IMG/VR virus record: IMGVR_UViG_3300028883_000036
Location: 43,656-107,655 of that record
Source of the DNA: a virus
DNA length: 64,000 nt
Strand: one strand, 5' to 3'
In this document: positions 56,807 through 64,000 of the stretch, one piece after another
Numbering within the stretch: position 1 is the first letter of the stretch
Layout of the letters: each line of letters opens with the position of its first letter
Program-made: the position numbers and the translations under genes
The notes under the pieces: generated by a model
What the model was told of the DNA's origin: nothing
Databases searched by the model: none
Seen by the model: only the letters and a program-made list of their open reading frames with translations

Positions 56807-58202
56807 AGTAGAATTAACATTATGTAATAATTATAAAATAAGAATAAAAAGCAATCATTATACTTATGTAGAAAAAATGTCAGAAGAATTTGCTATCCAT
56901 GTAAAAGGATATTATTGGATGGGAAAATATAAATCTGGTATGTGGGATGGAAAAACTCATTTTATAACTGAGGCAGGATTAATGCCTTATGGACTACTTC
57001 TTGATTTCATTAAAAAAAGCAAAGAATTATTTCCAGAAGTTAAAATATGTCCTGATGATGGGGTAAAAAATTTATTTAAAGCAGATAAAATAGAAATAAA
57101 TTATGATCTATCTTTATATCCAAGACCATATCAAAAAGAAGCAATAGAATTTTGTTTAAAATATTCAAAAGGAATAATAAGAAGTTCTACTGCTAGTGGA
57201 AAAAGCTTAGTAATATCTTATATATTATATAATTTAATAAAAAATAGAGCAATAACTAATGTTAGAAAATGTTTAATTATTGTTCCATCTACACAACTTG
57301 TAGAACAATTTAGAACAGATATGATTAAATATGGTCTACCTGAAGCAATGATAGGTAGAGTATATACAGGCCATAAAGATTGGGATAAACATATTGTTAT
57401 ATCTACATGGCAATCACTCAAGAACAATCACAAAAAATTACCACTGTTCCATGCAGTTATTGGAGATGAATGCCATCAGGTAAAAGCACATGAACTAAAG
57501 AATATATTCTCAAAACTAAAATGCAACTATAGATTTGGTTTTACTGGTACAATGCCTAATCATATATCAGAACAATACAATATCAAATCATTCTTAGGAC
57601 CAATTCTAAAAGAATTCGGTTCAGGTTTCCTTGCAGAAGAAGGATATATATCCAAATGTAATGTTAAAGTATTAAAAATACCATACCCTGATGGAACAAT
57701 AGCAAAAGATTATAAAAGTATTAAAGATGAATGTTTTAATGACTCAAACCGATTAAACCTTATAGCTAAAATTATAAATGAAATTAATGATAATATACTT
57801 CTACTTGTATCATATATAGATGAAGGGGATAAACTAGAAAAACTTATCAACAGAAGAACAGATAAAAAAGTTGTATTTTTATCAGGAAAAGATAAAGTAA
57901 ATATAAGAGAAGAATGGAGACAAAAAATTATAAATGAAAACAACATTGCTTTAATTGCAACATACGGTATAATGGCAGTTGGTATAAATATCCCCAACCT
58001 AAAATATTTAATTCTTGCATCACCAACCAAATCAAAAATAAGAACACTTCAAAGTATAGGTAGAACCCTACGATTACATAAAAATAAAATAGATGGAGCA
58101 ACAATATTTGATCTTATTGATGATGTTAAATTTCTAAAAAAACATGGAGAAAAAAGAATTAGCTATTACGAAAATGAAGGATTTAATATTGAATATTTAT
58201 GA
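56796..58202 (+). CDS. uvsW: UvsW-like SF2 helicase
   Basis: KYKSGMWDGK, PRPYQ, TASGKS, IVPS..LV.Q, STWQS, DECH, GFTGT, GINIPNL, QSIGR.LR. Confidence 0.95.
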   Translation: MDYKVELTLCNNYKIRIKSNHYTYVEKMSEEFAIHVKGYYWMGKYKSGMWDGKTHFITEAGLMPYGLLLDFIKKSKELFPEVKICPDDGVKNLFKADKIEINYDLSLYPRPYQKEAIEFCLKYSKGIIRSSTASGKSLVISYILYNLIKNRAITNVRKCLIIVPSTQLVEQFRTDMIKYGLPEAMIGRVYTGHKDWDKHIVISTWQSLKNNHKKLPLFHAVIGDECHQVKAHELKNIFSKLKCNYRFGFTGTMPNHISEQYNIKSFLGPILKEFGSGFLAEEGYISKCNVKVLKIPYPDGTIAKDYKSIKDECFNDSNRLNLIAKIINEINDNILLLVSYIDEGDKLEKLINRRTDKKVVFLSGKDKVNIREEWRQKIINENNIALIATYGIMAVGINIPNLKYLILASPTKSKIRTLQSIGRTLRLHKNKIDGATIFDLIDDVKFLKKHGEKRISYYENEGFNIEYL

Positions 58203-58622
58203 TACATCTTTTGCAAAATTAATAGCTGTTTCCCTTGCTTGATCATCTGTTTTAATGGTATATTCTCCTTTTGTATTACCACATGTATCAGACTTTACAG
58301 TATCACCAACTTTAAAACCAGCAATAGCTCTATGACTAAAACCATACCATTTACCATCTGCTTCAGCTTTACCAACAGAACACCCTGCTTTACTATCCAT
58401 TTTTAACCCAATCCAATCTTTAAAATGAACCTTGGGTTTTTTATCAGTATATCTTGGTAAATTCCTCAAGGTTCTTTTCTCCATTGGAATATCAGTTTTA
58501 ATATAATCTGTTCTTTTATATGTCTTCATCCTAAGTGTATTAGGATTCAAGTCCTTTACTTTATGAGGTTTCAATTTTTTTACTATAAATGTTTTATTAT
58601 CATACTCTCTAAACCCAGGCAT
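58197..58622 (-). CDS. Hypothetical phage protein
   Basis: Start MPGFREY at 58622; GKWYGFSHRAIAGF.VGD..A..FA..VS motif. Confidence 0.7.
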   Translation of the reverse strand: MPGFREYDNKTFIVKKLKPHKVKDLNPNTLRMKTYKRTDYIKTDIPMEKRTLRNLPRYTDKKPKVHFKDWIGLKMDSKAGCSVGKAEADGKWYGFSHRAIAGFKVGDTVKSDTCGNTKGEYTIKTDDQARETAINFAKDVS

Positions 58623-58624
58623 TT

Positions 58625-59938
58625 TTATTTCTCTCCATGATCTACATAAGAAGTAAATTGACCAACAACCCCATTTTCTGCATCCCATATATAACTTTCA
58701 GCAGCATGATAATTTTTTATATATCCTTTTTTATAATGCCATTGATCTGTACCAGCAATTGAAGGTATCATTCTAACAACCGTTCCAGGCATTGTATCAA
58801 CATTAATCCAATGCATTTGCATTTTCTTATGTTTATGCCCAATATGAATTTCTCTATATTTTGAATTGCCCCAAAGTACAGGTTCTTCAGTAGCCATTAT
58901 TGAAGGTAAATCTCTCAATGGTTCTTCAATACCATGAGTATATCCAATCAAACATTTACCAAATGGATAATATTTTCTCCATTTAGGTGATTTATCTACT
59001 ACTACATCTGGATCATTTGAAAAAACTTCAGATAGAACATCACACATATAATAAGATACATTTGGATCATGATTACCAGGAACCCAACATACATGAACAG
59101 GAGCAACTTCTCTACAATAATTAATTGCTTTTATTACAGATTTCTTTGCTTGTTGATAAATTTTAATCAATCTTGAATCAGCATCTAATAAGTTTCTATG
59201 CATAGGAGTTTGATTACTTGGATCATCAATATGTAAAAAATCATTTCCAAATGGAAATAAAATTTTAGATGGTTTATAACCTGAAGATTTTGCCAATAAA
59301 TCTTGAACAGCAAATAAAAATACATCTTCAGCTATATCAATATCATAATCATGTCCTGTTTCTTTATCCCACGCAAGCATACCAAAATGAACATCCATCA
59401 AAGCTATTTCCAATAAATAATTTCCATCTAAATTATATTTTTTTACAGGAGTTTTAATTTTTGGTATTTCTTTAATAAGTTCTCTAATAGCTTCAACCCA
59501 TTCCATATTATGAAGTTTTTTCAACCAAACTTGAATTTTATACATTGTAACTGTCTTTGGTTTATCAATCATAATAGGATTACCTTTGGGATCTTTCCTT
59601 CCTGTATCAGTCTTAACCTTCAATGTCACTTGCCAAGACCCAATGGTATACCTATCCACCTTCCATTGTGTCATATCCACTTCAGCAACTTTTAAAGCTT
59701 GTTCTAGAGTTGTAATTGTAAGAGATTCCAAGTTTAACTTGGCATTATTTTTTGAGGTTTTATTGAATTCTATCTTTTCTTCTAAAGGTTTATGTCCTTG
59801 TTCTATGGTATTCTTTTTTAATGGTCTTATTACTTTTCTTATATAAGACTCACTTACTTCTAATTTACTTGCTAATTTACCCCTATTAAACATAGGGTCT
59901 TTATAATATTTCTCTCTTATAATATCAGCTTTATTCAT
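58625..59938 (-). CDS. HTH plus calcineurin-like metallophosphoesterase
   Basis: N-terminal LASKLEVSESYIRK; DVHFG, GNDFLH.D, PGNHD, THG, HIGHKH. Confidence 0.85.
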   Translation of the reverse strand: MNKADIIREKYYKDPMFNRGKLASKLEVSESYIRKVIRPLKKNTIEQGHKPLEEKIEFNKTSKNNAKLNLESLTITTLEQALKVAEVDMTQWKVDRYTIGSWQVTLKVKTDTGRKDPKGNPIMIDKPKTVTMYKIQVWLKKLHNMEWVEAIRELIKEIPKIKTPVKKYNLDGNYLLEIALMDVHFGMLAWDKETGHDYDIDIAEDVFLFAVQDLLAKSSGYKPSKILFPFGNDFLHIDDPSNQTPMHRNLLDADSRLIKIYQQAKKSVIKAINYCREVAPVHVCWVPGNHDPNVSYYMCDVLSEVFSNDPDVVVDKSPKWRKYYPFGKCLIGYTHGIEEPLRDLPSIMATEEPVLWGNSKYREIHIGHKHKKMQMHWINVDTMPGTVVRMIPSIAGTDQWHYKKGYIKNYHAAESYIWDAENGVVGQFTSYVDHGEK

Positions 59939-59968
59939 ACATATTCCCCCTTTATTAATTACACATAT

Positions 59969-60505
59969 TTATATTATTATATCATCAATTCTATTTAACA
60001 AAGATTCATTTTTTACTTCAGCATCTTTAAATTCTGCACCATCTTTTTTAGCATCTATTTCAACATGAGCTTCTTTATCAACACCAACTTGATCTTCCCC
60101 CCCTTTTCTCCAAGGTTGACCAGCTTGTTTAAATCTCAATGTAGTTAAATCATCAGGAACTTGTTTCATTTTTGCCCAAATTCTTTTCCATGTTTCTTTA
60201 GGAAATAAATCTTTCATAGACATTAAAGTATTAGAATAATTTTCAAAATCTTCCATTCCCATTGAATTTTCAAACTCATCCCATTTCCAATCACTATCAT
60301 CAAGTTCCCATGAATCTTGGAAATCAGTTAGTTTATTAAAATATGGTGTTCTTTTGTATTTCTCACCATAAACAATGTTTCCTGGACTTCTATCATCATC
60401 TGTCGAAATTCCAGTGCCATTATCAGGATATCCTCTACTATATGTAGTTTCATTTAAAAATTCTAATGCTTCAAATAACGTATATCTTCCTTTTCTTTTT
60501 TTCAT
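59969..60505 (-). CDS. Hypothetical head-type protein
   Basis: ..LEFLNE near the N-terminus; C-terminal NESLLNRIDDII. Confidence 0.6.
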   Translation of the reverse strand: MKKRKGRYTLFEALEFLNETTYSRGYPDNGTGISTDDDRSPGNIVYGEKYKRTPYFNKLTDFQDSWELDDSDWKWDEFENSMGMEDFENYSNTLMSMKDLFPKETWKRIWAKMKQVPDDLTTLRFKQAGQPWRKGGEDQVGVDKEAHVEIDAKKDGAEFKDAEVKNESLLNRIDDIII

Positions 60506-60549
60506 ATTACCCCAATAAAAAGTTATTAATATCACAAAAACATAAATCT

Positions 60550-61056
60550 TTATTTTTTATTACCTTTTCTCCAAGAAGTCGAACCTTTAGCAGTATCTAT
60601 AAGCCTTGCACAAAACCCTTTAGCTTTATCCTCATCCCATCCTGATTTGCCTTTCATTCTTATCACACATTTATCAAAAAATCCATGTTCTTTAGGATCT
60701 GCACCAATTGTTTTACCAAATTTTTCTACTGATTTTTTCCCCCATCCAGCAGCTTCAATTGCTTTTTCATTCAACTCATCATCATTAAGAAATTCATTAG
60801 TTTCACGAATAAGATTTTCAACTTCCAATTTATCTAAAATATCTAATTCTTCTGATTCAGGAACCATTCTAATAAATCTTGGATTTCTACCCGCTTTTAC
60901 TGCTTTTTTTATTCTTTTTTCAGCTTCTTGTTTTGTATATCTTTTTCCTTTATCATCAAATTTAGCATCATCTAAACTCATCCAATCATGAGTAATACCT
61001 TTTATTTCTACTCTATATTTTTTTTGTTCATTTAAATATTTATCTTCTTTATTCAT
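60550..61056 (-). CDS. Head/internal-type protein, leader MNKEDKYLNE
   Basis: Several internal LxE sites; C-terminal FFDKC..M......A.GFCA motif. Confidence 0.65.
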   Translation of the reverse strand: MNKEDKYLNEQKKYRVEIKGITHDWMSLDDAKFDDKGKRYTKQEAEKRIKKAVKAGRNPRFIRMVPESEELDILDKLEVENLIRETNEFLNDDELNEKAIEAAGWGKKSVEKFGKTIGADPKEHGFFDKCVIRMKGKSGWDEDKAKGFCARLIDTAKGSTSWRKGNKK

Positions 61057-61447
61057 CTTTCCCCCATAGTTCAGGTATATAAGCACCTGATTTTTTATCG
61101 AATTTTAATCCTTTTCTTCCTAATATATTAGTTTCTGTTGGATTATCGAATTCATCTTCTATGGGTTCTTTTCTTGCTAAATCAATAATATCCCTTTTAG
61201 TAGTAAAACCTGTTCTTGTTTGACCAGAACCAATAATATTAGTAGTAGTGTTAGAAACATAAGAACCACCAACTACAGAAGATTCATTTTTTATAGGAAC
61301 ACATACTTTCTTTACTTTATCATATATAGTACCTTTAGGACATTTACCACCAATTACATCTATACTTCCTTTAGCAGTATTAGTAGCTACATCTCCTGCT
61401 ACAGTCATATCAGATATCATAATGTCTAATTTTTTTAATAAGTCCAT
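61049..61447 (-). CDS. Protein with leader MDLLKKLDIMISD and CPKG..Y......CVP motif
   Basis: KCPKGTIYDKVKKVCVP. Confidence 0.7.
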   Translation of the reverse strand: MDLLKKLDIMISDMTVAGDVATNTAKGSIDVIGGKCPKGTIYDKVKKVCVPIKNESSVVGGSYVSNTTTNIIGSGQTRTGFTTKRDIIDLARKEPIEDEFDNPTETNILGRKGLKFDKKSGAYIPELWGKDE

Positions 61448-61449
61448 AA

Positions 61450-61929
61450 TTATCCCATTTTAGAATCAACTTTCACATTAGAAAGTTTTCCTTTCGGTAA
61501 ATGACCATTTTTAACATGAGAAGCAATCATATCTTCAAATTTTTTCTTTGCTGCTTTTTCATCATTACCAACTACAGGTAATGTGACTTTTTTCTTACCA
61601 GCACTACCAGCATCAAAAATACCTGAAAAATTAAAAATTGATTCATTTATATCTTCTTTCATTCCTTTAGCTGTATTCCAAATTTTTTTCATATCAGAAT
61701 CAATATATTTCAGAAAATCTTTCGATTTCATTCCTTTTGTAGGCACCATAGCATGACCAATATATTCTCTACTATTTAAATCTCTAAATTGAATTTTAAC
61801 TTCTTTATTTCCTGGTTTCCATAATACCTCTACTTGAGTTTTTTTATCCATCATTCTATTAGATATACCCATATCATTATACCATTTAGTTTCATTTATA
61901 ACACCATCAATTTTTTCTGTTATATCCAT
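61450..61929 (-). CDS. Protein with leader MDITEKIDGVINE
   Basis: Two small domains, each preceded by INE. Confidence 0.7.
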   Translation of the reverse strand: MDITEKIDGVINETKWYNDMGISNRMMDKKTQVEVLWKPGNKEVKIQFRDLNSREYIGHAMVPTKGMKSKDFLKYIDSDMKKIWNTAKGMKEDINESIFNFSGIFDAGSAGKKKVTLPVVGNDEKAAKKKFEDMIASHVKNGHLPKGKLSNVKVDSKMG

Positions 61930-61939
61930 TACTTCCCCC

Positions 61940-62194
61940 CTATGCCTTTACCTTTCTAAATCCCCAATCAAACATTCCAATTTGCATCATCATTTTTTGA
62001 GCATCATTTTTTTTATCAAATTTAACTGTTAATGAATTTTTGGCTTTATCAATAATTTTAAATCCTTTACGAATAGTTTTATTAAGCCAATCTTCTAAAT
62101 GTTTTTGATCATTTTTAGGAACATCCACTTGTAAAGCCATTTCATTCATATCATCTTCTTGTAATATAAAATCAATTTTATCTGTTATGTCCAT
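61940..62194 (-). CDS. Protein with leader MDITDKIDFILQE
   Basis: Shared leader; GGGGGA RBS. Confidence 0.7.
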   Translation of the reverse strand: MDITDKIDFILQEDDMNEMALQVDVPKNDQKHLEDWLNKTIRKGFKIIDKAKNSLTVKFDKKNDAQKMMMQIGMFDWGFRKVKA

Positions 62195-62778
62195 TATTCA
62201 TCCCCCTTTCCTTTTCTCATTCTCTTTTTTTCTCCTGCTCCAACTGGAACACATTTCTTTTGAATAGGTCAGTATTTCTCACCTTCAGGACATTTTTTTT
62301 CATCTTGTTCTAATATATTATGAAATTTAGATTTCTTTTTTATTTCTTCAATCTTTTTTTCAATCTTTTTTTCATTTATTTCTTCTTTTATTTCTTCTTC
62401 TTCCTCATATACACTAGATACAGATATATCTACTTTTGGTATTAAATTAGAAAGTTCTTCTACTATATCTTCTATTTTAGCTTCTACTTTTATTGGATTT
62501 TTAATTTTAATTTTATCTTGCCAAGGAATTAAATATGTATCTATAGCAATCAATTCTAATTTAGCATCTAAAAGACTACCATCTTTTAATTTATTATTTA
62601 TTTTAGATATAGGACTTACTTCAACCACAATATCACCATTATCAATTTTTATAGGAAATCCATATTCCATTCCTTCAACAACAATTCTCATTGATCCTTT
62701 AAGATCTTGTGGTTGTACTCCACTCAAACTTATCTTAAATCTAAGTTTCTTAGATTCATTTATATTTATACTAATCAT
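62194..62778 (-). CDS. Probable selenoprotein, 194 aa, with UGA read-through at 62269-62271 (ORF track stops at 62269)
   Basis: ..KKCPEGEKY-UGA-PIQKKCVPVGAGEKKRMRKGKGDE-TAA; read-through TAA overlaps next ATG (TAATG); SECIS-like hairpin. Confidence 0.65.
62236..62251 (-). promoter_or_regulatory. Candidate bacterial SECIS element
   Basis: UGUUCC-AGUU-GGAGCA hairpin; stem starts 17 nt and loop 23 nt after the UGA; G then U in the apical loop. Confidence 0.55.
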
Positions 62779-62980
62779 AATATACTCCTATAATTTTGAC
62801 ATATATATCTTCTTTTTCTTCTTCTAATATACTATTTATAATAATTTGTGGTTTTTGTTTTTCCCATCCATAAGAAGACCCCCCACCACCTGAATCAATA
62901 AGACGTTCTATTACCTCACTTTCTCCACCCCCACAAGGAAACTGTGTAAACATACCCATTGTTGCTATTGCTACTGACAT
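62771..62980 (-). CDS. Small Gly-rich virion-type protein
   Basis: MSVAIATMG..GGGGSS; AGGA RBS. Confidence 0.6.
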   Translation of the reverse strand: MSVAIATMGMFTQFPCGGGESEVIERLIDSGGGGSSYGWEKQKPQIIINSILEEEKEDIYVKIIGVYYD

Positions 62981-62993
62981 ATATTTATCCTAT

Positions 62994-64000
62994 TTAACTA
63001 GAAAATGTTTCTGTTCTTGTTTCAGCAAGTTCATCATCAGAAAGTACTCTATTAAAAACAACAAATTCATCAATTTTTCCATCAAGATGATAATCACCAA
63101 CTAATGTATATCTTCCAACAGTAAAATAAATACCAGGAGTCAATATTGACATTTGATTTGAAAATTGTCCTGATGTATTTATAATATATGAACCAGCAGT
63201 ATCATCCCAAACTTTATATTTATAATCATAAGTATCTCCATCATATGTCACTTCCCAATGATACCATCTACCTGTGGTAACTTGGACTGAAGAATCAAAG
63301 GTTTCAGCACTTCCACCATTATTGTATCCAACAAATAAGAAAGGATAATATGAAGTTGTAACTGCTTTCACACCAATTGCATAAGAACGTTGATTTGTAG
63401 CTGTATTATAAAGGCAAATTAATCCAAGTGTAGCTGTTAACGATTCAAATTTTACCCATCCACAAAAAGTAAAAGTTCTATTTGTAGTTCCTTGTTTACC
63501 AGGAAAATTATCAGACAAATTAACATTTTGTATGGTAAAATATTCTGAATTCTGCTTTTCTAAATCAGCACATGCAGAACCTTCTTTATAATCAACTGTT
63601 TCTGTTCCAACAGTATTTATGTCTTCAAGAGTATTTGTTCCTTTTGAATCAGTAGTTAAAGCACCTGATTCAAAACGCCAAAGTGCAACTGCATCTGTAA
63701 AGATATTTCCGCTTACACTTTCAGAGCTTGAACTTCCAGAGCTTGAACTTGAACTTTTAGAGCTTGAAGAAGAAGAACTTGATTTTGAACTGCTACTGGA
63801 ACTTTTAGAGCTTGAAGAAGAACTTGAACTTTTAGAGCTTGAAGAAGAACTTGAACTTTTAGAGCTTGAAGAAGAACTTGAACTTTTAGAGCTTGAAGAA
63901 GAAGAACTTGATTTTGAACTGCTACTGGAACTTTTAGAGCTTGAAGAAGAACTTGAACTTTTAGAGCTTGAAGAAGAACTTGAACTTTTAGAGCTTGAAG
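62994..64000 (-). CDS. Poly-serine plus LamG/ConA-like protein (5' end beyond window)
   Basis: Frame stays open upstream of 63518 (AVALWRFESGA..DSKG.NTL) into a Ser tract running to the window edge; FTFCGWVK, GRWYH, VGR, GKIDEF..FNRVLS..E. Confidence 0.85.
   Translation of the reverse strand, partial: SSSKSSSSSSSSKSSSSSSSSKSSSSSSKSSSSSSSSKSSSSSSSSKSSSSSSSSKSSSSSSSSKSSSSSSKSSSSSSSSKSSSSSSGSSSSESVSGNIFTDAVALWRFESGALTTDSKGTNTLEDINTVGTETVDYKEGSACADLEKQNSEYFTIQNVNLSDNFPGKQGTTNRTFTFCGWVKFESLTATLGLICLYNTATNQRSYAIGVKAVTTSYYPFLFVGYNNGGSAETFDSSVQVTTGRWYHWEVTYDGDTYDYKYKVWDDTAGSYIINTSGQFSNQMSILTPGIYFTVGRYTLVGDYHLDGKIDEFVVFNRVLSDDELAETRTETFSS
63720..64000. repeat. 27-nt-based tandem repeats encoding (K)SSSSSSSS
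   Basis: Repeated ttttagagcttgaagaagaacttgaac units. Confidence 0.85.

Noticed and set aside
67-61429. Short antisense ORFs in the track (e.g. 67..255, 2043..2267, 4804..5190, 49927..50277, 57710..58030, 60647..60991)
   Set aside because: They overlap well-supported genes on the opposite strand and have Phe/Ile/Leu-biased shadow composition.
62763-62770. Further TATAAATA matches (here and 41109-41116 on plus)
   Set aside because: They lie inside a coding region or point at no gene; such matches are expected by chance at this AT content.
1-64000. Genome-wide stop-codon reassignment (UGA=Trp/Gly or UAG=Gln)
   Set aside because: Long conserved genes are intact under code 11 and many end at TGA in ATGA overlaps or at TAG; I found only one UGA (62269) that interrupts a motif.

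Overview
A 64-kb, very AT-rich segment of a large T4-like (myovirus-type) bacteriophage genome, mostly minus-strand, standard code 11, with GGAG Shine-Dalgarno sites. From left to right: (1) 0-11 kb, a glycan/modification cluster with a sulfotransferase missed by the ORF track, two GT2-like and about five GT-B glycosyltransferases, a PIG-L deacetylase, WbqC, a SAM methyltransferase and a hexapeptide acetyltransferase. (2) 12-18 kb, a LAGLIDADG-dUTPase fusion, UvsX, a stand-alone GGQ release-factor domain, a single-chain gp47-gp46 (Mre11-Rad50) fusion and the late sigma factor gp55. (3) 18-43 kb, tail and baseplate genes (gp6, gp25, gp5, gp27-like, gp53, gp7-like/RCC1), many poly-serine virion proteins interleaved with glycosyltransferases, and a CCA-adding enzyme. 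(4) 43-51 kb, gp2, gp4, a run of small head/core-type proteins and a lysis module. (5) 51-60 kb, family B DNA polymerase, three short-arm tRNA-Leu genes, family-4 UDG, gp41 helicase, UvsY and UvsW. (6) 60-64 kb, more small head-type proteins and a poly-Ser/LamG protein. Top findings: (a) a probable phage selenoprotein, with an in-frame UGA at a Cys position of a CPxGxxY-U-PxxKKCVP motif, a SECIS-like hairpin, and a read-through frame ending in a TAATG overlap with the next gene; (b) more than 20 ORFs sharing an N-terminal 'KYLxE/KIDxxLxE' leader resembling a capsid-targeting/protease-cleavage cassette, including the CCA-adding enzyme and an unannotated ArfA-like peptide, which suggests an injected translation-rescue kit; (c) a poly-Ser virion plus glycosyltransferase system; (d) an isolated promoter-acidic microprotein-terminator unit with fold-back anti-SD elements. 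All calls come from motif recognition by eye; no database searches were run.
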